Positions 50,371 to 61,834 of a stretch of 64,000 bases of DNA are shown here, piece by piece. The position numbers were made by a program, and so were the translations under genes. The notes beneath the pieces were generated by a model. That model was given only the letters and a program-made list of their open reading frames with translations. It made no database searches and was not told where the DNA came from. The number at the start of each line of letters is the position of its first letter. Within the stretch, counting starts at the first letter, position 1. Source of the DNA: Thiohalospira sp. (lineage in GTDB: Bacteria > Bacteroidota > Bacteroidia > Bacteroidales > UBA12077); NCBI GenBank assembly GCA_046538755.1, contig JBKHIH010000007.1:16760-80759 (forward strand), in the 5' to 3' direction.

Positions 50371-50941
50371 TATGTTAGAAATTTTAACAACCTGGGATAC
50401 AAAACTTTTTATTTTTCTTAATGGATTAAATTCTCCATTTTGGGACCAGGTAATGTGGTGGTTTTCAGGGAAATTTTTCTGGCTACCCTTATATTTAATT
50501 ATTGTTGGATATATCATTTATAAACAAAAATGGAAGGCAATTATTACTTTGCTGTTTATTGCTTTGATTGTAACCCTGGCCGATCAAATCTCTGTTCATG
50601 CTTTTAAAGAGGTTTTTCAAAGGCTGCGTCCCTGCCATAATCCAGAAATTCAGGATATTGTTCATTTGGTGAATAATAAATGCGGAGGCAGATATGGTTT
50701 TGTATCTTCGCACGCTGCCAATACATTTGCTGTAGCTTTTTTTCTAAAAATGCTCTTTCAACAAAAATATTTTTCAATAGGTATAATTTTTTGGGCTGCA
50801 ATTGTTTCCTATAGCCGTATATATTTAGGAGTTCATTATCCGTTAGATATTATCGGTGGTGCTACTTTAGGCGCTATAATTGGTGTTTTGGTTTTTAATC
50901 TTTATCGATACTCTTCTAATAAAATAGTCAAACAAATTTAA
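50363..50941 (+). CDS. PAP2 family phosphatase
   Basis: [28 protein letters not shown]. Confidence 0.9.
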   Translation: MSSMLEILTTWDTKLFIFLNGLNSPFWDQVMWWFSGKFFWLPLYLIIVGYIIYKQKWKAIITLLFIALIVTLADQISVHAFKEVFQRLRPCHNPEIQDIVHLVNNKCGGRYGFVSSHAANTFAVAFFLKMLFQQKYFSIGIIFWAAIVSYSRIYLGVHYPLDIIGGATLGAIIGVLVFNLYRYSSNKIVKQI

Positions 50942-50989
50942 TTCCGGATTGTTAACTATTTTAATTATTATCATTAAATCATAATAATC

Positions 50990-51973
50990 ATGCTTTGTAT
51001 AAAAAATCCGGAGACCAACCCTTATTTTAACCTTGCAGCCGAAGAATATGTGCTAAAGAGTTTCAAAGAAAACTGTTTTATGTTGTGGCGTAACAGGCCA
51101 TCTATAATTGTAGGTAAACATCAAAATACATTGGCCGAAATAAATATCGATTATGTAAAAAAAAATAATATTGATGTTGTAAGAAGGCTTTCCGGTGGTG
51201 GAGCTGTATTTCATGATTTGGGAAACCTTAATTTTACCTTTATAAAAAATGCAAGTCTCGAAGGTAATTTGGTTGATTTTAAGAAATATACACAGCCGGT
51301 TATTGATGTTCTGCAACAATTAGGTGTAGATGCTAAATTTGAAGGGCGTAATGATATAATGATAAACGGCCGCAAAATTTCAGGTAATGCTGAACATATT
51401 TTTAAGCGAAGAGTGTTGCATCACGGAACATTATTGTTTTCGTCAGTAATGGCCGATTTGTCTAAAGCGCTGAAAGTTAATCCGCTTAAATACCAGGATA
51501 AAGGAGTTAAATCGGTGCGAAGCCGTGTAACAAATATTAGCGAACATTTACCCCAAAAAATGTCTGTTATGGAGTTTCATGATAAAATTTTTGATTTTAT
51601 GGTAAAATCTGAAAAAGATGCTGTTTTATATGAATACTCTGAAGAAGATATTAAACAAATAAACCAGTTAGCCGAAGAAAAATATCAAACGTGGGATTGG
51701 AATTTTGGTTACTCTCCAAAATATAATTTTGAGAAACTCATCAGAACCAATGGAGGTAATTTAGAAATTCATATGAATGTAGAAAAAGGAATAATTATTG
51801 ATTTAAAAGTTTATGGAGATTTTTTTGGCGAGAAAGATATTGTAGATATAGAAAATTTACTTCAGAATAAGCGACATCAGGAATTAGAAATTCGAAACTT
51901 ATTAAAAAATACAGATTTTAATAAATATTTTCATTCCATTTCGATTGATGAATTTATTTTAGCGATGTTTTAA
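50990..51973 (+). CDS. lplA: Lipoate-protein ligase A
   Basis: RRLSGGGAVFHD, RNDI, KISGNA, HHGTLLF, WNFGYSP. Confidence 0.93.
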   Translation: MLCIKNPETNPYFNLAAEEYVLKSFKENCFMLWRNRPSIIVGKHQNTLAEINIDYVKKNNIDVVRRLSGGGAVFHDLGNLNFTFIKNASLEGNLVDFKKYTQPVIDVLQQLGVDAKFEGRNDIMINGRKISGNAEHIFKRRVLHHGTLLFSSVMADLSKALKVNPLKYQDKGVKSVRSRVTNISEHLPQKMSVMEFHDKIFDFMVKSEKDAVLYEYSEEDIKQINQLAEEKYQTWDWNFGYSPKYNFEKLIRTNGGNLEIHMNVEKGIIIDLKVYGDFFGEKDIVDIENLLQNKRHQELEIRNLLKNTDFNKYFHSISIDEFILAMF

Positions 51974-52137
51974 CGTTGCAGTTTGCTGATAGGTAGTTTT
52001 TTATGAGCCGTGGGTGCTGTTTTTGTTTAAATCGGTTTGACTTAAGTTAATATTATTTGTAATTTTAATTGATGTTTTATCACTATCGCCTGAGACTATA
52101 AAAAGTCAACATATTTTTAACCTAAAAACCCACGATT

Positions 52138-53787
52138 ATGTATAAAAAAATTGTTATTTTATGCTTGTTATCTTTACCTTTATTTTTTACTGCATGTAAG
52201 GATAAAACAGAAAAACAACAAACCCAAAAGCAGACAAAAATTGACAAGTTATTGGCTAATTATGCCGATGTAGAATTGAAAACTGATTTGACAATTTTAA
52301 ACGAAAGTCAGAAATCAATGCTTCCGTTGCTCTTTGAAGCTGCCCAAATTATTGATGAACTATACTGGATGCAAACCTGTGGCGATAAGGAAAAGTTTTT
52401 AAATTTAATATCCAACGATAAAGTAAAGAAGTATTTCTATATCAATTATGGCCCTTGGGACAGGCTTAATGGAATGAAACCTTTTATTGATGAAGTAGGC
52501 TCTAAACCGGATGGTGCAAATTTTTATCCAGATGATATGACATATCAAGAATTTGACGCTTTTGATGATCTTGAAAAGTTCGACTCATACACGCTTTTAC
52601 GCAGAAATGAAATTGGAGGCCTTCAGACAGTGCCATATCATAAAGCTTACAAAAGCAAATTAGAAAATATAGCCAAATTAATGCGAGAGGCTGCTTCATT
52701 AGCTAATTCCAAAGGTTTTAAAAACTATCTTAACAAACGAGCCGATGCACTCCTTACCGACGAATATTACGAAAGCGACCTGGCATGGATGAAAATGAAA
52801 AATAACATTGTTGACTTTATAGTCGGGCCAATTGAAGATACCGACGACAGGCTTTATTATTCCAAGGCTTCTTATCAGTCGATGGTATTGATTAGGGATG
52901 TTAAATCCAGTGAAGAACTAAAGAAGTATTCATTATTAGTTCCGTATCTGCAAAGAAACCTGCCTGTTGATGATAAATATAAAACCGAAATGCCAGGTGC
53001 CCTTTCTGATATTATGGTATATGATGTTATTTATAGCTCAGGCAACTGGAATGCCGGAAGTAAAAAAATTGCAATTACATTGCCTCGTGATGGAAAAGTT
53101 CAATTAGAAGTAGGAAGCCGTAAGTTGCAGTTTAAAAATGTAATGAAAGCAAAATTTGATAAAATTTTGAAGCCCATATCCGAAATACTTATTGATAAAG
53201 ATCAGCAAAAGCATATTAAATTCGAGGCTTTTTTCCAAAATACCATGTTTTATGAAGTTGGTAGTGCACTGGGCTTAAAAAATATGGTAACCCAAAAAGG
53301 AACTGTACGCGATGGCTTAAAAGATCAATACAATGTAATAGAAGAGTGTAAAAATGATATTTTAAGTTTGTTTTTTCTTACTAAATTGCATGAAATGGGA
53401 GAACTGCCCGAATCCGACCTCATGGATAATTATGTAACCTACATGGCCGATGTTTTTCGATCGGTTCGTTTTGGGATTTCTAATGATCAGGGTGTTGCTA
53501 ACATGATCAGGTTTTATTATTTCGAAGAAAATGGCGCTTTTACAAGAAATAATAAAACCGGAACTTACAAAATTGATTTCGAAAAAATGAAACTAGCAAT
53601 GATTCAACTGGCCAAAGAAATCTTATTAATTCAAGGAGATGGTGATTATGAAGCTGCAAAAAAACTTGTTGATCAAAAAGGATATATCAGGGATGAACTT
53701 TTAAATGATTTGTATAGAATACAGAAAGAACGAATTCCAAAAGACATTGTATTTGAGCAAGGTATAGATGTGCTTGGTTTAGAGTAA
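52138..53787 (+). CDS. Peptidase M49 (dipeptidyl-peptidase III-like) lipoprotein with a degenerate zinc-binding motif
   Basis: Lipobox FTAC; INYGPWDRL, GANFYPDD and GPIE family motifs; FYEVGSALG where HExxH is expected; EECKND. Confidence 0.8.
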   Translation: MYKKIVILCLLSLPLFFTACKDKTEKQQTQKQTKIDKLLANYADVELKTDLTILNESQKSMLPLLFEAAQIIDELYWMQTCGDKEKFLNLISNDKVKKYFYINYGPWDRLNGMKPFIDEVGSKPDGANFYPDDMTYQEFDAFDDLEKFDSYTLLRRNEIGGLQTVPYHKAYKSKLENIAKLMREAASLANSKGFKNYLNKRADALLTDEYYESDLAWMKMKNNIVDFIVGPIEDTDDRLYYSKASYQSMVLIRDVKSSEELKKYSLLVPYLQRNLPVDDKYKTEMPGALSDIMVYDVIYSSGNWNAGSKKIAITLPRDGKVQLEVGSRKLQFKNVMKAKFDKILKPISEILIDKDQQKHIKFEAFFQNTMFYEVGSALGLKNMVTQKGTVRDGLKDQYNVIEECKNDILSLFFLTKLHEMGELPESDLMDNYVTYMADVFRSVRFGISNDQGVANMIRFYYFEENGAFTRNNKTGTYKIDFEKMKLAMIQLAKEILLIQGDGDYEAAKKLVDQKGYIRDELLNDLYRIQKERIPKDIVFEQGIDVLGLE

Positions 53788-53793
53788 AATAGT

Positions 53794-53820
53794 AAAAGGG
53801 AGTTTATAGCTCCCTTTTTT
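53794..53820. terminator. Bidirectional terminator
   Basis: AAAAGGGAG/CTCCCTTTT stem between convergent genes. Confidence 0.75.
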
Positions 53821-54382
53821 ATTCTTCTTTTTTTTCTTCTGGAAGAGGTTCATAGCCATATACAATCCCTTCAACATAATAAGTTGGAGGCTCTCCAAAG
53901 CCACCAATCGATTCTTCTTTAGTTACCAACACAATTAGCCCATCTAAATTGGCAGCTTTTTTCTGAATACGTATGGTTGCACTTCGCTTTGCCGATTTAG
54001 CGCTCCGGCTACCAGCCGATGATCTGGCATCAACTTTGCCTCGTTCATACAATCCGGCAACATCATCTTTATTATCGGTAATAATTACAGTTTTCCAGTC
54101 GCCTTCGTCAACCATCATAAATACGGGTTTATTAAATACTTCAACTCGTCCGTTGCTAAAAATTATCTTTTGTATTTGTTTTCTTTCCAGAGTAATGGTT
54201 TCGTCAGCGCCAGGCTCATTATAACGGACTGTTGCAGATGAAATATTTTTTATCTCAACTAACTTCTTTCTTCCTCCCAAAAGATAAATAGTATCTAATT
54301 TGGTGGCAGTATTATCCTGAGAAAGTGAAGGTAAACTAATGAATACTAATAAAAATAGTGTAAGAATGATTTTTATTTTCAT
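53819..54382 (-). CDS. Exported hypothetical protein (paralog of 31978-32592)
   Basis: Signal peptide ending SLS|Q; motifs shared with the 31978 ORF. Confidence 0.75.
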   Translation of the reverse strand: MKIKIILTLFLLVFISLPSLSQDNTATKLDTIYLLGGRKKLVEIKNISSATVRYNEPGADETITLERKQIQKIIFSNGRVEVFNKPVFMMVDEGDWKTVIITDNKDDVAGLYERGKVDARSSAGSRSAKSAKRSATIRIQKKAANLDGLIVLVTKEESIGGFGEPPTYYVEGIVYGYEPLPEEKKEE

Positions 54383-54568
54383 AATTTTTGCTTTTTTATG
54401 CTTAAAAGAGCATGTGAAATTAATAAGTTATCATTAAATAATCAAAAAATATACCATTTTACATTGTAATTTATTGTTAAAATAAATAAACAGTTCTGGT
54501 GCTTTGGTTTTATATATAACAAATTTAAAATGTATTTTTGAAGAACTATTTAACAAACTTCTTTTTTC

Positions 54569-55315
54569 ATGATTGGCAGAATATTTATTTCGGTTTATAT
54601 TTGGATATTAATATTGTTAACTATAATAATATTTTCTCCCATATTTCTAATTATTTGGGTTTTTACTTTTTGGTTTGATAAAAAACTTTATTACCTAAAT
54701 TGGTTTTCAATCTTATGGGGTAGTGCTTATACAAAATTTGTTCCATGGTGGAGGATACGTGTTGACGGAAAAGAAAAAGTTAGAAAAGATAGCACCTATA
54801 TTATAATTGCTAACCATCAATCAATGGAAGATATATTGGTAATGTACCGTTTGGGTGTGTCTTTTCGGTGGGTTTCTAAAGCCGAAGTTTTTAAAATTCC
54901 GGTATATGGTTGGTTTATGCACTTAAAAGGTGATATAAAATTGCTTCGGACAAGTAAAGCCAGTATAAAGAAAATGATTATTGACGGTGAAAAAGTTTTA
55001 CGGTTAGGTTGTAATATGGTTATTTTCCCCGAAGGAACACGTTCAAAAACCGGACAGTTAGGGAATTTTAAAGAGGGTGCTTTCAGGTTGGCAAAAACAA
55101 CCCAGAAACCTCTGTTGCCCGTTATTATTTCTGGAACAGTTCCGGATATTATTAACCGCTTTGGTTTGTTTTATGGGAAACACACTGTTACATTAAAAGT
55201 ACTGGATGAAATTCCGTTCGAGCAATTTTCTGATATGGAAATTAAAGATCTTGCAAAAAAAACACGCGAGCTTTTTGTAAAAGAAAAATTAAATGAATCA
55301 TTTAATATTGTATGA
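54569..55315 (+). CDS. plsC: 1-acyl-sn-glycerol-3-phosphate acyltransferase
   Basis: ANHQSMED, KAEVF, IFPEGTRS, FKEGAF; TATTTTTG box at 54533-54540. Confidence 0.88.
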   Translation: MIGRIFISVYIWILILLTIIIFSPIFLIIWVFTFWFDKKLYYLNWFSILWGSAYTKFVPWWRIRVDGKEKVRKDSTYIIIANHQSMEDILVMYRLGVSFRWVSKAEVFKIPVYGWFMHLKGDIKLLRTSKASIKKMIIDGEKVLRLGCNMVIFPEGTRSKTGQLGNFKEGAFRLAKTTQKPLLPVIISGTVPDIINRFGLFYGKHTVTLKVLDEIPFEQFSDMEIKDLAKKTRELFVKEKLNESFNIV

Positions 55316-57120
55316 TAAATAATAATAAAAAGAATTTTTATAAAGATAAAATTGATACTTTAAAGAAAAGAGAATCAAAAATAAAGCAAAATATTTTATG
55401 GCTTGGCATTTTAAGGTTTATCTCTTTTATTCTTTTTATTGTATGGATTGTTTTTTCTGTTAACAATCTTACATGGGTTAATATTTTTTTTTCGGCTTTT
55501 TGGCTATTTTGTTTTATCTCTTTAGTAATATTTCATATTTCTCAAAACCGCGAAATTCTTATGGTTCGCAATCTGATTAAAATAAACCATGAGGAGTTAA
55601 ATGCTTTAGATTATAATTTTTCTGCCTTTAATAGTGGTAAACAATATATTGAACGTAATCATGCTTATGCCTTCGATTTAGATTTATTTGGTGAAGGGTC
55701 ATTATTTCAGTTATTAAACAGAACTTTTACACAAGCTGGTGAACAGTTGTTAGCGCATAAATGGATGAATCCAATAATGGATAAGCAAAAAATAGAGAAA
55801 ATACAAAAAGCCATTCAGGAATTATCAGATAAGATAGATTGGCGGCAACATTTACAGGCTACAGGGAAATTGGTAAAACTATCAGAAAATGATAATCAAA
55901 AAATAAAATTGTGGGTAAATGAACCAGTTTATTTTATTAATCGATGGATTTTTAGATTCTTAGTATTTGTTCTGCCATTTTTTACACTTTCTTTTCTCGT
56001 GTTGTTTATTTTTGGGTTATTGCATTATTCAGTTTTTGTTTTTTTTTCATTGTTACAACTCTTTTTCGCAAGCACTATTATGCGTAAAACCAATAAAGAA
56101 CAGCGAGTTGTTACAGAAGAGATTGAAATTCTTAAAAATTATCATCAAATTATCAGTATTATTGAAAACACATCATTTGCATGTACTGAACTTTCGGACA
56201 TAAAAAAAGGATTATTTATTAATGAAAATTATAGCGCCAGTAATGTTTTAAAGAAATTAATTCGCATTATTGATGCTTTTGATACGCGATTAAATTTAAT
56301 TGTGGGTTTGTTTTTGAATGCCACATTAATGTGGGATTTATTGTCGTTAATGCGCCTGGAGAGATGGAAAAAGAATTATGGTAATCATATTATGTATTGG
56401 ATTAAGATTATTGCACAATTCGACACTTATTGTAGTTTGGCTAATTTCAGATTTAATTATCCGGAATTTATATTTCCGCAAATAATTGATCATAAGGTTT
56501 TAGAGGCTAAAGCTATCGGGCATCCATTAATACATTCTGAAAAAAGAGTAAATAATGATTTTATTATTGAAAAGCCAGGCCAAATAAATATAATAACCGG
56601 AGCAAATATGGCAGGAAAAAGCACTTTCCTTCGTACAATAGGCATTAATTTAATATTGGGATTGAACGGAATGCCGGTTTGTGCCAATGAGTTTAAATTT
56701 AAGTTAATGCATTTATTCTCTGGTATGAGGACATCTGATTCGCTTAAAGAAAATGAATCATATTTTTATGCTGAGTTAAAAAGGTTAAAACAAATTATCG
56801 AAGAAATAAAATCGGGAAAAGAATTGTTTATACTTCTTGATGAAATTTTAAAAGGTACTAACTCAATTGATAAAGCAAAAGGATCGAAAAAGTTTGTAGA
56901 ACATCTAATCGAATTAAAGGCTACAGGTATAATAGCTACACACGATTTAACGCTTTGTGAACTGGAAGATAAATATCCGAATATTATTAATAATCAGTGT
57001 TTTGAAATTGAAATAAGTGGACAACAGATATTTTTTGATTATAAGTTGCGCCACGGAGTAACAAAAAATATGAATGCTTCGGTATTAATGAAACAAATGG
57101 GAATTTTTCCTTGTGGATAA
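55312..57120 (+). CDS. Membrane-anchored MutS-family (domain V) ATPase
   Basis: N-terminal TM helices, DLDLFGEGSLFQ, TGANMAGKSTFLR, SYFYAEL, LDEILKGTNS, ATHD. Confidence 0.88.
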   Translation: MINNNKKNFYKDKIDTLKKRESKIKQNILWLGILRFISFILFIVWIVFSVNNLTWVNIFFSAFWLFCFISLVIFHISQNREILMVRNLIKINHEELNALDYNFSAFNSGKQYIERNHAYAFDLDLFGEGSLFQLLNRTFTQAGEQLLAHKWMNPIMDKQKIEKIQKAIQELSDKIDWRQHLQATGKLVKLSENDNQKIKLWVNEPVYFINRWIFRFLVFVLPFFTLSFLVLFIFGLLHYSVFVFFSLLQLFFASTIMRKTNKEQRVVTEEIEILKNYHQIISIIENTSFACTELSDIKKGLFINENYSASNVLKKLIRIIDAFDTRLNLIVGLFLNATLMWDLLSLMRLERWKKNYGNHIMYWIKIIAQFDTYCSLANFRFNYPEFIFPQIIDHKVLEAKAIGHPLIHSEKRVNNDFIIEKPGQINIITGANMAGKSTFLRTIGINLILGLNGMPVCANEFKFKLMHLFSGMRTSDSLKENESYFYAELKRLKQIIEEIKSGKELFILLDEILKGTNSIDKAKGSKKFVEHLIELKATGIIATHDLTLCELEDKYPNIINNQCFEIEISGQQIFFDYKLRHGVTKNMNASVLMKQMGIFPCG

Positions 57121-57271
57121 CTTTTCAACACCCTTGTACTTTATATTATAGTTGGTTTTTATTTATTTTGCATCGTTTAAAAATTTATTAACAGCTTTTT
57201 GGTTGTGCTTGTTAATAAACAATTTTAACAGTGAGTTTTCTTTTGGTTATATTTACGAAAATTTAGTAGAA

Positions 57272-59107
57272 ATGACGGCTAATTATACAGAAGACAGTAT
57301 TCGTACCCTTGAGTGGAAAGAGCATATTAGAAAACGCCCCGGTATGTATATTGGGAAGTTGGGCGACGGCTCATCTCCAGATGATGGAATTTATGTGTTG
57401 CTGAAAGAAGTAATGGATAACTCTATCGATGAGTTTATGATGGGATTCGGTAAAATGATTGATATTGAGGTAACCGACAGTAGCGTTAAAATTAGAGATT
57501 ATGGGCGTGGGATACCATTAGGTAAACTTTTGGATGTTGCTTCGAAAATGAATACGGGCGCTAAATACGATTCAAAAGTCTTTAAAAAGTCTGTGGGTTT
57601 AAATGGTGTTGGGATTAAAGCTGTAAATGCACTTTCTACAACTTTTTGCATAGAAGCCTATCGCGAAGGTGAAAAAAAACAAATTGAATTTGAGAGAGGC
57701 AATGTTACTCTCGACGAAATGGTGCAGCCAACCAAAGAAAAAAACGGTACAATGGTTTCTTTTGAACCGGACAAAGACCTTTTTGGAAACTATCACTACA
57801 TTAAAGAATATGTGGAGTCGATGGTAAGAAATTATGTTTACCTGAACTCAGGATTGGTTATTAGACTGAATGGTAAAAAATATTTTTCCGAAAACGGATT
57901 GCGTGATTTGTTGGAAGAAAATATGAGCTCCGATGGTATTTATCCCATTATTCATCTTAAAGGCAATGATATTGAAATTGCTATTACCCATGGCAACCAA
58001 TACGGAGAAGAGTATTACAGTTTTGTAAACGGACAACATACTACTCAGGGAGGAACCCATCTTACAGCTTTTCGTGAAGCGTATGTAAAAACCATTCGCG
58101 ATTATTACCGTAAAGATTTTGATCCTTCGGATATTCGTACTTCAATTGTTGCTGCCATTAGTATTAAGGTTGAAGAACCTGTGTTCGAATCACAGACTAA
58201 AACAAAACTGGGTTCTAAAAATATTGCTCCTAACGGCGTTTCTATTCGAAATTTTATCGGCGATTTTCTAAAAAACGAATTGGATAATTATTTGCACAGA
58301 AACCAGGAAACAGCCGATATCCTGTTAAAGAAAATTTTAGAATCTGAGAAAGAAAGAAAAGCCATATCAGGAATAAAAAAGCTTGCCAAACAGAGAGCTA
58401 AAAAAGCCAGTTTGCATAACCGAAAACTTCGCGATTGCAGAGTCCATTATAACTCAAACGATGAGCGAAAAAACGAAACAATGATTTTTATTACCGAGGG
58501 CGATTCGGCCAGCGGCTCAATTACCAAATCGCGGGATGTAAATACCCAGGCTGTATTTAGCTTAAAGGGAAAACCTTTAAATTCGTATGGGCTAACAAAA
58601 AAGGTAGTTTACGAGAATGAAGAATTTAACCTTTTACAAGCTGCTTTGGATATTGAAGAAGGTATAGAAAATTTAAGGTATAAAAGTGTTGTTATTGCTA
58701 CCGATGCCGATGTTGACGGAATGCATATCAGGTTATTGTTATTAACTTTTTTCTTACAATTTTTTCCTGATTTGGTTAAAAACGGGCATCTATTTATTTT
58801 ACAAACACCCCTTTTTAGAGTAAGGAACAAAAAAGAAACCATTTATTGTTATAGTGATCAAGAAAAAGGCCAGGCCATAATAAAACTTAAAAATAATCCG
58901 GAAATTACCCGATTTAAAGGATTAGGTGAAATATCACCTGATGAGTTTAAACATTTTATTGGGAAAGATATCCGGTTAGACCCTGTTAGGCTTAGACGAG
59001 AAGATGCCATTAATGATTTGCTTGAATTTTATATGGGTAAAAATACACCCGAACGGCAGGATTTTATTGTTGAAAACCTTAACATTGACGTGATTGAAGA
59101 GAGATAG
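57272..59107 (+). CDS. parE: DNA topoisomerase IV subunit B
   Basis: [49 protein letters not shown] 57272 is in frame with the track ORF. Confidence 0.93.
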   Translation: MTANYTEDSIRTLEWKEHIRKRPGMYIGKLGDGSSPDDGIYVLLKEVMDNSIDEFMMGFGKMIDIEVTDSSVKIRDYGRGIPLGKLLDVASKMNTGAKYDSKVFKKSVGLNGVGIKAVNALSTTFCIEAYREGEKKQIEFERGNVTLDEMVQPTKEKNGTMVSFEPDKDLFGNYHYIKEYVESMVRNYVYLNSGLVIRLNGKKYFSENGLRDLLEENMSSDGIYPIIHLKGNDIEIAITHGNQYGEEYYSFVNGQHTTQGGTHLTAFREAYVKTIRDYYRKDFDPSDIRTSIVAAISIKVEEPVFESQTKTKLGSKNIAPNGVSIRNFIGDFLKNELDNYLHRNQETADILLKKILESEKERKAISGIKKLAKQRAKKASLHNRKLRDCRVHYNSNDERKNETMIFITEGDSASGSITKSRDVNTQAVFSLKGKPLNSYGLTKKVVYENEEFNLLQAALDIEEGIENLRYKSVVIATDADVDGMHIRLLLLTFFLQFFPDLVKNGHLFILQTPLFRVRNKKETIYCYSDQEKGQAIIKLKNNPEITRFKGLGEISPDEFKHFIGKDIRLDPVRLRREDAINDLLEFYMGKNTPERQDFIVENLNIDVIEER

Positions 59108-59158
59108 TTTTTCATTAAAAAAAAATTGTTACAATTATTTTAAATACAGGGAAGCGGA

Positions 59159-61792
59159 ATGAGTACTGAGAGAAAAGATAATTTTGAGCAATCGGAAAAT
59201 AAAGAATTGGATAAAGAAACCAATACTGAAGGGAAAGGGAAATTAGGAGAAGAGCTGCATAAAATTATGCATTTGTCGGGAATGTATAAAGATTGGTTTC
59301 TGGATTACGCATCGTATGTAATATTAGAGCGTGCTGTGCCACATCTGAATGATGGATTAAAACCTGTTCAGCGCCGGATACTTCATGCTATGAAAAAGCT
59401 CGATGACGGGCGGTATAATAAAGTGGCCAATATTATTGGATATACCATGCAATACCATCCACATGGCGATGCTTCTATTGGCGATGCTTTGGTACAATTA
59501 GGACAAAAAGATTTATTAATTGACACCCAGGGAAACTGGGGAAATACATTTACCGGAGATAGTTCAGCTGCTCCCAGATATATCGAAGCGCGGCTTTCTA
59601 AATTTGCTGTTGATGTTGTTTTTAATCCCAAAACAACAGAATGGAAAAAATCTTATGACGGAAGAAATGAAGAGCCAGTTACATTACCTATTAAATTTCC
59701 TTTATTGTTAGCTCAAGGTGTAGAGGGTATTGCTGTTGGATTGGCCTCGAAAATTTTACCTCACAACTTTAATGAGCTTATTGATGCTTCTATAGCTTAT
59801 CTTAAAGGAAAAGATTTTGAATTATTTCCCGATTTTCCAACCGGAGGAATTGCTGATTTTAGTAAATATAATGATGGAATTAGAGGAGGGGCTGTTAAAA
59901 TAAGGGCTAAAATTGAGAAAGTAGACAAAAAAACGTTGAAAATTACCGAGCTGCCTTTTGGAAAAACAACGCAAAGCCTTATCGATTCTATTCTTAAAGC
60001 CATTGATAAAGGGAAAATAAAAATTCGTAAAATTGATGATAATACAGCCGAACATGTAGAAATTTTAATTCACCTACCGGGAGGTACCTCGCCCGATCAA
60101 ACCATTGATGCGCTGTATGCTTTTTCCGATTGTGAAGTCTCTATTTCGCCAAATGCATGTGTAATTAACGAAGCTAAGCCACTGTTTATCGGAGTAACCG
60201 AAATGCTTAAAATATCTACCGATAGTACAGTTAATTTGCTAAAGCGAGAACTTGAGATAAAAAAAGACGAACTTCAGGAAGCATGGCACATGTCTTCGCT
60301 CGAAAAGATATTTATTGAAAATAGAATTTATCGCGATATCGAAGAGTGCGAAACCTGGGAGAGTGTTATCGAAGCCATTGATAAAGGGCTGGAGCCTTTT
60401 AAAAAGATGTTGATCAGAGATGTTACCCGCGATGATATTATAAAACTTACCGAAATAAAAATTAAACGGATTTCTAAGTTTGATTCTAAAAAGTCGGATG
60501 AAATCATTAAAGGGCTGGAAGATGAAATTGAGGAGGTTCAAAATCACTTAGATAATATTATTGATTTTGCTATTAATTATTTTAAGCAAATACGAAAAAA
60601 ACACGGTGACGGGCGAGACCGGAAAACAGAAATTCGGAATTTAGAATCTATCGAAGCTACTCAGGTTGTTGTTGCTAACGAAAAACTTTATGTCGACAGG
60701 CAGGAAGGATTTGTAGGCACATCATTGCGTAAAGATGAATATGTGTGCGATTGCTCTGATATAGATGAAATCATCGTTTTCCTTCGCGACGGTAGATATA
60801 TCATAACCAAAGTATCGGAAAAAACTTTTGTAGGAAAAGATATTATCCATGTTGCAGTGTTTAAAAGAAACGACAGCCGTACTATTTACAATATTATTTA
60901 CAGAGATGGTTTAAATGGCAATATCATGATAAAACGTTGTGCGATAAAAGGCATTACGCGGGATAAAGAATATGATATTACTAAAGGAACCAAAGGCTCG
61001 AAAATATTATATATGACAGCCAATCCGAACGGAGAGGCAGAAATTGTTAAAGTTTATTTGCGTCCAAGGCCAAGGCTTAAAAAACCAGTATTTGAATTTG
61101 ATTTTAGCGAACTAGCCATTAAAGGCCGTCAATCAATGGGTAATATCCTTTCCAAATATGCGGTGCATAAAATTGTACTTAAAGATGAAGGAGCATCAAC
61201 GCTTGGTGGAAGAAAAATTTGGTTCGAGGAAGAGGTTTTACGCCTTAACGATGATGGGCGTGGGAAATACCTCGGAGAATTCCATGGTGATGAAAAATTA
61301 CTTATTGTTACAAAATCAGGGAAATATCGTTTAAGCTCTTATGATTTGATGAACCATTTCGAAGATGATGTGTTGATTGTTGAAAAGTTCAGAGCGGAAA
61401 AAATTTTCTCGGCTGTTTATTACGATGCTGATCTCGAATATTATTATATCAAGCGTTTTACTTTTGATCCTACCGATAAACTTACCAGCTTTATTGGCGA
61501 CAATAAACAATCCCGTTTGATAAAAATTACTGAAGTAGAGTATCCCAGGTTAGAAGTTTCATTTGGCGGGCGGCATAAAAACCGCGAAGATGAAATTATT
61601 GAAGTGGCTGATTTTATTGGTGTTAAAAGTTATAAAGCCCGTGGTAAACGGTTGTCAACTTATGAAGTAAAAGTGATAAAAGAACTGGAACCATTAATAA
61701 AAGAAGTAGAGGAAGTAGTTGAAGAAGAAAATGATAACAAAAAAACGGATGATACATCTCAAATGAGCCTGTTTCAAAATGGCAAAGATTAA
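59159..61792 (+). CDS. parC: DNA topoisomerase IV subunit A
   Basis: DYASYVILERA, DGLKPVQRR, HPHGD, AAPRYIEA (catalytic Tyr), DFPTGG. Confidence 0.93.
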   Translation: MSTERKDNFEQSENKELDKETNTEGKGKLGEELHKIMHLSGMYKDWFLDYASYVILERAVPHLNDGLKPVQRRILHAMKKLDDGRYNKVANIIGYTMQYHPHGDASIGDALVQLGQKDLLIDTQGNWGNTFTGDSSAAPRYIEARLSKFAVDVVFNPKTTEWKKSYDGRNEEPVTLPIKFPLLLAQGVEGIAVGLASKILPHNFNELIDASIAYLKGKDFELFPDFPTGGIADFSKYNDGIRGGAVKIRAKIEKVDKKTLKITELPFGKTTQSLIDSILKAIDKGKIKIRKIDDNTAEHVEILIHLPGGTSPDQTIDALYAFSDCEVSISPNACVINEAKPLFIGVTEMLKISTDSTVNLLKRELEIKKDELQEAWHMSSLEKIFIENRIYRDIEECETWESVIEAIDKGLEPFKKMLIRDVTRDDIIKLTEIKIKRISKFDSKKSDEIIKGLEDEIEEVQNHLDNIIDFAINYFKQIRKKHGDGRDRKTEIRNLESIEATQVVVANEKLYVDRQEGFVGTSLRKDEYVCDCSDIDEIIVFLRDGRYIITKVSEKTFVGKDIIHVAVFKRNDSRTIYNIIYRDGLNGNIMIKRCAIKGITRDKEYDITKGTKGSKILYMTANPNGEAEIVKVYLRPRPRLKKPVFEFDFSELAIKGRQSMGNILSKYAVHKIVLKDEGASTLGGRKIWFEEEVLRLNDDGRGKYLGEFHGDEKLLIVTKSGKYRLSSYDLMNHFEDDVLIVEKFRAEKIFSAVYYDADLEYYYIKRFTFDPTDKLTSFIGDNKQSRLIKITEVEYPRLEVSFGGRHKNREDEIIEVADFIGVKSYKARGKRLSTYEVKVIKELEPLIKEVEEVVEEENDNKKTDDTSQMSLFQNGKD

Positions 61793-61834
61793 ATAGTTTT
61801 TGTAATTTTATGATGTAACACAAAAAAACCGATT

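Noticed and set aside
55312-57120. Membrane-anchored MutS-like protein as a new repair system
   Set aside because: A widespread MutS domain V-only subfamily; nothing in its context here is distinctive.
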